From assembly GCF_009914755.1 (NCBI RefSeq), contig NC_060931.1: 64,000 nt of DNA; one strand, 5' to 3'. Position numbers and translations under genes: made by a program. This DNA is from the human T2T-CHM13v2.0 reference genome, Homo sapiens. The notes under the pieces are model-generated. The model was given only the letters and a program-made list of their open reading frames with translations. It had not been told where the DNA came from and did no database searches. This document shows positions 17,861-30,468 of this stretch, in pieces; position 1 is the stretch's first letter, and each line of letters begins with the position of its first letter.

Positions 17861-18171
17861 CTATGTACATAATCTCCCTATAGTATTTAGGAGATGCTTC
17901 ATATAGGAGACCTTCTAGATAGACCTGTCTAGATAATTTTTTTTTTCTTAAGCCAGGAAAAAAAATTAAAAGACATCAGATTACATTTTCATATAGATGT
18001 ATACCATACCGATGTAGTCCATTATTTCTAGTGGGGAGAAAGCCCCCCAAAATCATACCTACTAACAGACTGAGTACTTGACAATAAAATATGCTGTTGT
18101 ATTTGTATTTGTTTAATTTTTACTGCCATCTAGCTTTTCCTTCCCTCTCTCCCCATGAAAAAGGATTTAGG

Positions 18172-18517
<346 letters not shown>

Positions 18518-18594
18518 TTATAAAGACAGAACAGTTAAAGGTGAGATCAGAAATATAAAACACCAGATAGTATTATAGTCCTTAAATTTGGGGA

Positions 18595-18730
18595 GATAAT
18601 GCATCCCTTTGAGAATCTGATGAAAACTTTGTGCTCTTTCCCCAGAAAATGCAAATAAGTATATACAAACAAACAAAACACATAACACACACTTTTGTAT
18701 ACTAACTCAGGCATTCAGAGACCACCAACA
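18595..18730. mobile_element. Old hAT-Charlie-type MITE fragment
   Basis: ccctttgagaatctgatgaaa..ccccagaaaatgca resembles a recalled Charlie-derived consensus. Confidence 0.4.
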
Positions 18731-18924
18731 CCATTCCACAGACCACCACAGAGGAAGGAGAAAGAAAATGTATATCAGGAAACTAGAATAAAATTATTAG
18801 TACCATTAAGCATGAAGTTTAGCTCTAACTTTTAGTCAATACAGAAGGGAGAATTCAAAGGGTTTCACAGATCTCAATGTTTAACAGAGAAATACACATC
18901 AGGTTTTCAGGAGACATATTTTGA

Positions 18925-19259
<335 letters not shown>

Positions 19260-21739
19260 TCAGATTTATTATTAAATACACGATGCGCAATGCCTTTAAC
19301 AGGAATTTTGCAAAAACGCAAAACTATTTTCACATGGCCATTTTTACATTGTTCCCTTAATAAATCTTGAGGATATTCTTAATAAGTAGTAATTCTTATG
19401 AGTAGTTATACCAACTGAGCCTAGATAATCTGGCTTCTGTATCTGACCTGACATAGCAACAAATGGTTTCTCTCTAGAGAAAGCTCCAGTATTCATAAGG
19501 CGCAATGTGCTTGCAGCAGCCTTCCTGGAACTACAACTAAGAAGCTGCAGCATCACCAAGGCCTCCTGAGAAATTGTACAGACTCACTAACCCACATACC
19601 TGGCAGGACTCATGTGTCAAAAAGGTGACTCTAAGCAAGACGCCAAGAAATACATGAATTTAAGAGGCAAAACTAAAAACTATAAATAGGTTAGAGTGTG
19701 AATGAAGGTGTACCCGCCTCGATTTCTGCTCACTGTGGAGAAGCCTATGGTTAAAGCACTGATCTTATTTTGTCCGTTAAAGCCCCTCCAATCAAGTATA
19801 TGACCTGGGGATGGGAACACTGATTCCATACCAACTGAGGAGTAGAAGAATTCAAAGCTAAAGAACGAAGAATATTATTGCAGATTAAGAATATCATTAG
19901 ACAGAAATTGACTGTCTGATTATGTTGATTCATCACATGCTATGCTGGTGATCAGCAGCCCAAATGATATACATATACCTTTTTTTTTTCCAAAGAAATT
20001 GTCATGTAATCTTTTTATAAGCAGTATGGACTGATACCTTACCAAGCCAGAAGAACAAAATTTCTTTTTCAGATGCTTATGACAAAAGGACTTGGAATTA
20101 TCTGTCTAAATAATGTCAAAATAGCCATTATTTCCTTCCACAAATGAAGGAACAGGATTGGGGATTAACTTTGTGGAATTCAATTAATTTTGCACTTGGC
20201 ATAGTATATGGAAACAGTTTACAACATTTGGGCTTGGAGACTCTGGGTTGAATATTTAAACCATTGCTTGAGACATAATCAGTGGATAGAAAATTCTAAG
20301 AACAGCAGCCCTACTCCAGAACTTCTAGTGGGTGACATCTGGGGTGAATTAAGTTTCTGTTCTGTCCCAGCTTTAGCTACAGATGTGGAGGTGTAAATGT
20401 GCTTTCCAGGAACTGTAGATTATATGAACATGATGTAGACTACTTTTATTAGGAGTTCAAGTACCACATTTCCAGAAATATAAAGAATGACAGCAAGGAA
20501 AAAGGCCTTTAGAGCTTAAATTACAACCACATCTAATGAACTCAGAGGTGTTTTTCACTTACTAGGGTATTGCTTTTCAACTCCTGTAGCTTAAATGAAT
20601 CTAGTGATCATAACAGTAAATATGGTTTCCAAAGGTATCCCAAGAGGTATCATTAGTCACATATTACATCCTTTTCTAATTTGTACACTTTCCATGTTTC
20701 AGGGTTTCACAGGACTGCTGAAACCTCCAGAATTTCATGTTTCCCTCAGCAGTCTACAATAACCCTTAATCTGAATGACATGTATTATTTCCTCAGCAAA
20801 CATGTGATGTGGGAAGCTTAGTAAAAGATTTATTATAAGAAAAGGCTCGATGTTTTATTTCCTCCCCTAATTGAATTCATTATTGCTCTCTGTTTAGAAA
20901 TGCTATGTTGATGTATTACACCTCAGAACAACTATGAACGTGCCATCTGCAGCAGGAAGGTTTATTAGACTACAAATCAGGATACAGATGTTGGAGGGAA
21001 AGCTACGTATGCTAAGTCATAATACATTAAAGCACATTTTAAATCTATATATCATGGTGGTCCAGCAGATTTTTATTTTTTTAAATTAGGTATTGGTACT
21101 TATGAAAATTCAGGAACTAGAAGCCCTCTCTTCATATGCATGATAGATAAAGTGATAAGCTGCTGAGGTGATAAGTATAACCCTGTAGATGGGGAAAAGG
21201 ACTAAGTAACTTCAAAAGAAAAAGCTCACATTCTTATTCCGTAATACTAGTGAAAAGATCCACATTTAAAGTCGGCATTCTAAACCAAATGAGCAGATAA
21301 GTCTTTTGGGAGTGTAAATGATCACAGTTTTATTGATCTTTTTCACAAATTTAGATTTTCATCCATTTACTAGAAGAGCATTTATTGAGTACCTGTTACT
21401 TGCTAGGTGACTCTAGGATGTGCTCTAGGATTTTATTAAAACGAGACTCAGTTATATTATTTTGATGTAAGAGGAGTTGTTTAATTTTTCTTTCTTTCTC
21501 CAACTGTTCAAGTTCAGGCCCAATAATGGACAAATTGCCCGCAGAAAGTTTACAAGAATATATCAACTACTTCATTGGTTGAAAGAATTAGAGGAACCTT
21601 GGTCAGCACAGCTGAGAGGATTGCTTTCCTGAGAGATGACATGATTCTCTTCCATTAGGCTCACAAAAATATAACTCAATTGTATCAATCTTAAACAAAT
21701 AAAATCTAGGATGCTCACATTTTCTAGAAGGATTAATGT

Positions 21740-21900
21740 TCTGTAGATCTATTGATCTTCTACATTCTTCTTAAAGTATCCAGGGTAATCATTAACAATA
21801 CTTTGTTTTGATTTACTTGCCTGGTGTCTGAGGCTCTTCCAGCTCTCTACAATACATTTGCGCTTTATTCATGATGCTTATTCTGTAGATAAAGACAGCA
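21740..21900. promoter_or_regulatory. Candidate endoderm/liver/kidney-type enhancer motif cluster
   Basis: HNF1 site GGTAATCATTAAC (21784-21796, one mismatch to GTTAATNATTAAC), ONECUT-like TATTGAT (~21750), FOX-like TTGTTTTG/GATTTACTT and GATA AGATAA (~21887), in repeat-free DNA. Motif evidence only. Confidence 0.4.
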
Positions 21901-22264
21901 CATTACTGGCATTTGTAACTGGGAGGCTTAAAATTTTTAAACATAAAATTAGAGATAATCTAATGTTTAGATTAGGGTTAGATTTTTAAATAGGGTATAG
22001 AACTTCAAAAGAAGGTGGTTTTCTCTTTCCCTGGAAATATTCAGAAAACAGTCTACCTTTGGTCTTCCAGGAAGCACAGACAAGGGCAATGATTCAAGAA
22101 ACCACTGTAAAAATGCAGATCTCACCCAGTAAAGGAGAGTATCTTACTTCCTATTAAGCATAGTTAGATGGGTGATTATTATTAATCATATATAGCATTT
22201 GCATAACAATGAAGTTTGGATGGCACTATCACACACTGTCTCATTTACCATATTAAGGAAGCAT

Positions 22265-22800
22265 GTATTCATTCCTCAAATATTTTATAAATGCCTACTA
22301 GGTGCCAGACTGCATACTTTGTACTTGGAATGCAAAGGTGAGTAAGACAAATTCTCAGTGAGCTTACTTTCTAGTTGAGGAATACAATGTTATTAAATAT
22401 AATGTGTTATAATACAGACATGATGAAGTACTGAGGCAACATGAGGTTACTAGTATTTTAGCCTCACTTTACAGAAAAAAAAACTGACCAAAAATATTGA
22501 TATTAATATTATAGGGCAGTTTTAACAATTAAATGAGAGATTGTATTAAGTTACTTAGTACAATGACAGCCCATAGTAGGGAGTCCATAAATGTTATTTC
22601 AAAGAGGTAGCATAGAATAACAGGTTGGAGAATGGATTCTGTATCAAACCTTTTGGCTTGGATCCTGGCTACGTCTTAGTTTGTGTGGCCTCGGGAAAGT
22701 TATATGATATATCTAGATCTCAGTTTCCCCAGGGCTAAGATGGGAATAACAATCATAACCACTTCTCAGGGTTGTTGTTTTGAGAATCAAGTTGTCACAC
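22265..22800. mobile_element. Cluster of L2 and MIR remnants
   Basis: Reverse L2 3' end (cattcctcaaatattt..ctactaggtgccag) and MIR core (ctcagtttccccaggg..cagggttgttg). Confidence 0.6.
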
Positions 22801-24638
22801 GTGTTCAAAAGAAGTTATTCATGGCAAAGATCAAAGCTGGGAGCAGGTCCAGAAACTATATCCCACCAAACTTATAGTTATCCTCTCATAAAATAGAGAT
22901 ACTGTGGCCCTGAAGAGTGAGATGTCCTTATTTTTACCATAGGGAGGAGAACTCCCTAGCAAATAGTTCAAGCTAGGAGAAGGCAGCAAAGAATATTTGG
23001 CATCTTGAAGGTTAGAGGGAAAACTGGCCTGAAGAGAGATGGCCAAAAAGAGAGGGAAAGCATGGTATGACAGCAATAGGGGTTAGGGGAATGTGACTTG
23101 GGCAGAGGTCGGACTGAACAAAGCAGAGGGAAATGGCTTCAAGAAGAGAGGAGGAATATGCCATCCACACATCTCCTAGCACTAAATACGGGATAATCTT
23201 TCCAATATGTCCAATCTGTATTTTGCTAAGTGGGGGGTATTTATTTTTATTGGATAATTCCTAAAATGTTATAAACAGAGCTTAACTAAGTAAGAGTATC
23301 CAAAATAGCCCAATAATTATCTTTCAAGGTGTCTGGTACCAACATGCTCTTTTCTCTCATTTGGATTCCCACAAAGAAACTGTTGGACATGAAAAAAAGA
23401 GGCAGATATTGGTTCACAATATGTCTCATGATACTGAGAGAATTTTCCTGATTGCAATTTTTCATTTCATTTTTTGAATGAATGATTTAAATGTTCTTTC
23501 TGTACATAATGGGACAGGAATTGTATAATTATTACCACAATCCAATTTTAGAACATTTTCAGAGAATGAAGGAGTTTTAACCTGTGATTTAAATGCTACC
23601 AGTTTATGGATCTCTGTTCTTGTACCAGAGACAATCTGAAGATTCTCTCCAGAAGTAAACATCCTAACCAGCAATCACCAACATTAAAACATGAGCCTGT
23701 TTTACTCTTTGAGTGGCTAGCTTCCTGTGAAAGAATATACATTGCCTCTCTTCTTTTGTTACCTTTCTGATAATACTGGCTATGCTGTAGGCCAATGTAT
23801 TACATTAGAGAGCATTTCGAGGAAAAAGTCCCTTAAAGCTCCTTATATATATTACAATTTTCTGCTATACATCATTATTACTAAAATGATTCACAGCTAG
23901 TGTAGCATGTTTAGGCAAGCTCAGATACTTGGCAGTAGAACACAATTCTTTTAATAGCCTAGCTCCAATGGGTAACCCTTTGAAAAAGGCATTTATTGTT
24001 AGTTCTGTTAGCTATTGAACCAGTCTTTGCATACTTCGATGCATAAGCATACAAATGGAAATTTTTATTTTAAGTTCTGTGCTATACTTTGCATATGAAA
24101 CAGAAGTTCTTTAACTATACTGTGGGAAATTCAAATGTATTTCCTCCTCTAGAAAGAAAATTAATCTGAGAACAAGAGTCTACTTTGAGATTGTATAGAA
24201 AAGGCAAATATACCCTCTGATATGCTGCTTAGTCCTGATCCCCACCCCACCTCATTCCAGTACCCTCATTAACAAGAAGCTGTCAAAATACTTGAACATC
24301 ATGAAATAAGAATGGTATTTCAACAAAAGATCAAATGCTTAGAAATCCACACCCCAAACCAGGTTATTCTTTCATTCCTAAATCAATAAGCCGGCAAAAA
24401 CAAGACCATATTTGAGGTGGCAAAACCTCCTATGCCCTTACATTCTGTGAAAACATAAAAGGAAAAAAGAATTCTTCCACATTCTTCACGCGATTTTCCA
24501 TGAAAGCACTCATTAAATGATGTTTACATATAATGATGACAGAGTGTAGATGGGTGTACTGCTTGGCATTGGAAGGGCAGTGCCCTGGAGTCTTCCTCCA
24601 GTTCAATCTTGAAAAAAATAACAGTCCTTTTAGTTTTT

Positions 24639-24739
24639 TTTATTATTATACTTTAAGTTTTAGGGTACTTGTGCACAATGTGCAGGTTTGTTACATATAT
24701 ATACACATGTGCCATGTTGGTGTGCTGCACCCATTAACT
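24639..24739 (-). mobile_element. About 100-bp 5'-truncated L1PA 3' end with 15-bp TSD
   Basis: Reverse-complement L1 3'UTR; TSD gtccttttagttttt at 24624-24638 and 24740-24754. Confidence 0.93.
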
Positions 24740-25917
24740 GTCCTTTTAGTTTTTAGTGTACAAACTTGGCTCAAACCATACTATAAAGTACTTTTGTATG
24801 AAGACTGCCATAAAAAAAATCACTGCAGAATGCTCCACTGTCAGTTAGAGTCCGCACAAGCTAATGCAAGCAAGTTATGCACATTAAAATAAACAGTAGA
24901 GAATTGGGTGTGAAAACAGTATCAATCAGGCGTGTCCATCTGACCATTATAACTTTAAAATATCTGTAGAGCAAAGCCAGTTTTCGTCAAGGTCACTTAC
25001 TGCTCAGAAAAAGCTTTTCAGCTTCAATAAAAACATCGAAGAAACAAAATAAGGTTTTAAAAAAATGATGTTCAAATAGGTGTGTTTCATTTTATGTCAC
25101 CTGTAAGAAGCAGGGTTTCCATCTAACATGAGATTCCCATTCCTATTCCTCTGTAAAGGTACAGTTCTGATAAGTTCAAGGACATGTTTGAAAAATGAAT
25201 AATCACCTATATTATTATTTCTTTGAGAGCTAATGTGGCTTTTATTGAAGGAAGTCGCCTGAAAGGCTTTTATTGGACAAGCTGTATGCTTGTCCCCCAG
25301 AGAGCTGCCCCACAAAAATTCCTCAGAATATGAAAACTCTCCTATTAGCATTAAATTTCAGGCATTATATCTTCAGAAAGGCCTTGTTAAATTTACATTT
25401 GCTGTCTATTGCAGTCTGTAAGGTTTAACGCCAAGCGCTGGATATTTAGATTAGCCCTCTCAATCTCCATTTTACTATCCTTCTCTTTGGAGGGATTAGA
25501 TAGCTAAACACAGTTTTTCAGAGCACAGACTCTGAAAGTCAAGAATTGGCCTTGCCACTTAATAGTATGACTGGTCAGCTTATACTTACATGGTAGCCTT
25601 TCCAGAATACTCTGAGAAACACTATAAAGTGATAGGGATGAAGAAACTGAGCTTATTGAAAATGGAAGAACCAAATAGTAGACTGGTAGCTCCTAACCAG
25701 GGAAACAAAGCAGTCCACAGTTCCTGAGAGATTGTGGCCCCAGGCTAAGAAGGTTAACTTACAGTTTCTCAAGTATAAAATAAGGATGAAACTAATAGTA
25801 TCCAAGTGCTCGGCACAGTGCCCAGCACACAGTAAGAGCCCAAAAGATGTTAGCTATTTTTTTCCTTAGGTCCTTAAGAGGCTCTGGCAGCTGAGAAAGA
25901 ATGAAAAAGGGCAGGAG

Positions 25918-26784
25918 CGAAAAGAAAGAAGGCCAAGGGGAATAAGGTGGCTCCAGCCCCTGCTGTCGTGATGAAGCAGGAGGTTAAGAAAGTGGTGAAT
26001 CCCCTGCTTGAGAAAAGGCCTAAGAATTTTGGCATTGGACAGGACATCCAGCCCAAAAGAGACCTCACTTGCTTCAAGAAATGGTCCCACTATATCAGGT
26101 TGCAGTGGCAGAGAGTCATCCTCTGTAAGTGGCTGAAAGTGCATCCTGAAATTAACCAGTTCACCCAGGCCCTGCACCACCAAACAGCTACTCAGTTGCT
26201 TCAGCTGGCCCACAACTACAGACCAAACAAGAGAAAGACAAAGCAAGAGAAGAAGCAGAGGCTGTTGGTCCGGGCTGAGAAGAAAGCTTGCAGCAAAGGG
26301 GACATCTCCACTAGGAGACCACTTGTCCTTCAAGCAGGAGTTAACACCGTCACCACCTTGGTGGAGAACAAGAAGGCTCAGCTGGTGGTGACTGTACATG
26401 ATGTGGATCCCATCAAGCTTGTCTTCCTACCTGCCTTGTGTCATAAAATGGGGGTCTCTTCCCCTGCATTATCAAGAGGAAGGCAAGACTGGGACATATA
26501 GTCCACAGGAAGACCTGGATCACTGTCACCTTCACACAGGTGAACTTGGAAGACAAAGAAGCTTTGGCTAAGCTAGTGGAAGCTATCAGGACCAACTACA
26601 ACAACAGATACGATGAGATCTGCCGTCACTGGGGAGGCAATGTCCTGGGTCCCAAATCTGTGGCTCGCATTGCCAAGCTTGAAAAGGCAAAGGCTAAAGA
26701 ACTTGCCACCAAACTGGGTTAAATGCACACTGTTGAGATTTCTGTACATAAAAATAATTAAAATAATACAAATTTTAAGAAAAA
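25918..26784 (+). pseudogene. RPL7A: Processed pseudogene of 60S ribosomal protein L7a (eL8)
   Basis: Intronless; translation [65 protein letters not shown]. The start ATG is lost and there is a frameshift near 26460. The 3'UTR and an A-tail remnant are present. TSD gaaaaagggcaggag at 25903-25917 and 26785-26799. The symbol given is the parent gene. Confidence 0.97.
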
Positions 26785-26839
26785 GAAAAAGGGCAGGAGA
26801 CCACCCATTGCAGTGGGCTATGCACTGGCTGAAGAATCC

Positions 26840-27121
26840 TTTTTTTTTTTTTTTTTTTTGAGACGGAGTCTTGCTCTGTCACCCAGGCTGGAGTGCAGTG
26901 GCATGATCCCAGCTCACTGCAAACTCTACCCCCCGGGTTCAAGTGATTCTTCTGCCTCAGCTGGGATTACAGTGATTCTTCTGCCTCAGCTGGGATTACA
27001 GGCACCTGCCACCATGCCCGGCTAATTTTTATATTTTTAGTAGTGACGGAGTTTCACCATGTTGGTCAGGCTGGTCTCGAACTCCTGGCCTCAAGTGATC
27101 TGCCCACTTCAGCCTCCCAAA
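26840..27121 (-). mobile_element. 5'-truncated Alu (AluS) with internal 29-bp tandem duplication
   Basis: TSD aagaatcctt; duplicated agtgattcttctgcctcagctgggattac. Confidence 0.94.
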
Positions 27122-27317
27122 AGAATCCTTCATCTTTAGTTTGCAGTGAGAAAGAAAGAACCACATAAGACTCTGCAATGGAGATACTGGAGTACAAGAT
27201 TAGCCAGGGACAACTTTCTAGTTTAATGTGCAGAGTTCTGTGAATCTTTTTGTACTAAGTTTTCAGGAGTCTCCCCACCCTGAATTGGGTGTGCAGCCAC
27301 TTTTTGATCCACTGGCA

Positions 27318-27858
27318 CATAAGGCAGACACTGTGCCTAGTCTAAACAAGAAATGTTTCTCTCTTCTTCCCTGGTAACAAAACTCCAATTTGTATTCAGG
27401 TTTTTGAAAGAGATCCCTTGATTTCAGGAAGGGTAGACCCCTACCTCAACAACAAGGAATGAGCTGAAATTGGTCTAAATCAGTCATAGTAATTTTCTTT
27501 TCTTTCCTCAGGGATTGGCCAATAAGTGGGCACATGACTGAATCCTGGCCAAGGAGACAAAGGGAAAGTCCACTAGGGAAGGCTCTCTTGCTAATAAAAA
27601 GACAAGACTCCACAAGTAGAATGTCTCTACCAGTCTTCCTTCTTGTCCTGAACATGGACATGGTGACTGGAGCCATGGTAGCTATATTCTGGCCAGGAAA
27701 ATGATGAAGAAGCTGGCCCTGAAATCATTGGATTACTGAACTGACTCAGGCAACTGCCTACCTCCAGACTTCTTGTTATGTTAGAAATACAAAGCTCATT
27801 TGTTTAGGCCTGTACAGATGACTTTTCTATTTCTTGCAGTCAAATGCATTCTGATACT
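27318..27858 (+). mobile_element. MaLR LTR (MLT1J/K-like)
   Basis: gattggcc..gggcacatgact..ggagccatggtagctat..cctccagacttcttgttatg..ttcttgcagtcaaatgcattctgatac. Confidence 0.6.
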
Positions 27859-29351
27859 GTGCTTTGTCTACTTATTTCTTACCTCTGCCCTCTGACAGAT
27901 GAGGCCCAACCCATTTTTCTTACTTGGCTTTATTTGAACAAAGATTCTAATAAGCACAAGAAACCACTCTGTTGATAACTCCTCTAATATAAAAGGAAAG
28001 AGTCATGTTCTGTAATAAGTATTTTGTATCCAATTGGTTTATAAATTGAAAACACAGTTTAAGCAGAAAGATAAAATCAAATACAGTCTCTTGCCTACTT
28101 ACTTCTCATCTCTCTCTCTCATTTAGTTCAAAGAGACATAAAGTGACACCACTCCATCATTTTTGACAGAGCCACATGTGTAATGCAAAACATATGCTGA
28201 AGTTTTGTAATTACTTGGGTTCCTTGAGCAGAAGAGAAATGAGCTCATTGTATGTTCATGGTCTCTTCTCCTTCTGTGTCACCTGCTACCATACCAGGTT
28301 GATGCCCTCTCAGACATCAGTTACTACAAGCAATAATTATCATTATTATTCTAATGCCTTACATATGAATGCCGTTTGGCAATATTTCAGAGTGCTTTTA
28401 AGTTAGTTCTCTCCCTGAAGGCTCACAACTCTACCACTTACCTGTCATATCACTCCCATAAAAGATTACTGTAGAGACTCTGAGGGAAGGAATCCGCATT
28501 TTAGAGGAGAGATGTCATTTTCCTTCTCCCCTAAGTCTAGATCTGCTGCAGGCACAAATGGCCTCCTACTATCTGTTCAACCCCACTCCTCTCCTAAACT
28601 AATCATGACCAGCACCAAGAGGGGTGTGGAGTTAGTCTTGCTGTCTATAGCAAAGTAAAAATTCACAAGCCTGCCTATGGCCCTCTGGTCCTTCATCCTA
28701 GTGTAGGTATTTTTCCCACTCTGATCAGACCTCTGCTAGGATTTTCTAAGGTGATATTGGAATCTCTTACTGGAAGAAGAGTTCTATTCGAATCTTGGGC
28801 CTGATTCACTGCCAAGCCTTTGCTGATCACTTAGGCCCACAGACTAGATTTCTGTTCTAAACTGGATTGATCTTCTACTAAAATGTAAGTAATATGAAGC
28901 CAGAGAATGTGCTGTTATTTTACTGCACTATCCCTAGCACATAAAATAGATTCTCATTGGTTCACAGCAAGTGATTGGTAAATATCTGTTGAATGAATGA
29001 ATGACTCTGATAACCATTCCTCACTAGAGGTTTCTGCTACTGTGTCCTAAACACCAGATTAAACCCCTTGGATACTGACATTAACCTAAGCCCATTCATA
29101 GCTGCCTTACCTCTTCAAATGACAAATATGAGCTGTTAGACACCTCTTCACTACAGACCTCCTGTTTCCACTTTCTTTCCTTTTTCCTACTGACCCAGGC
29201 AAATGAGGCCTCAGGATGCCAAGCTCTCAGCTGGATCTGCCTAAAATACACCTTGATAAAACAAGACTTTAGAGAGATTATAATACCCTAACAGGGTAGT
29301 CCCTAAAAGTTGAAGAACACTGAAAATAAACCTTGTCTCTTTTATTTCTCC

Positions 29352-30468
<1,117 letters not shown>

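Noticed and set aside
19600-19672. Possible minus-strand exon ending at strong donor CAG|gtatgt
   Set aside because: The acceptor is ambiguous and no coding signal is recognisable; such sites are expected by chance in 64 kb.
21735-21975. Short hairpins (tgtagatc..ctaca; taatctaa/ttagatta) as a possible miRNA or structured RNA
   Set aside because: Stems are too short or imperfect for a pre-miRNA and are at chance level in AT-rich DNA.
25866-26399. 177-aa minus-strand ORF
   Set aside because: Antisense shadow of the RPL7A pseudogene.
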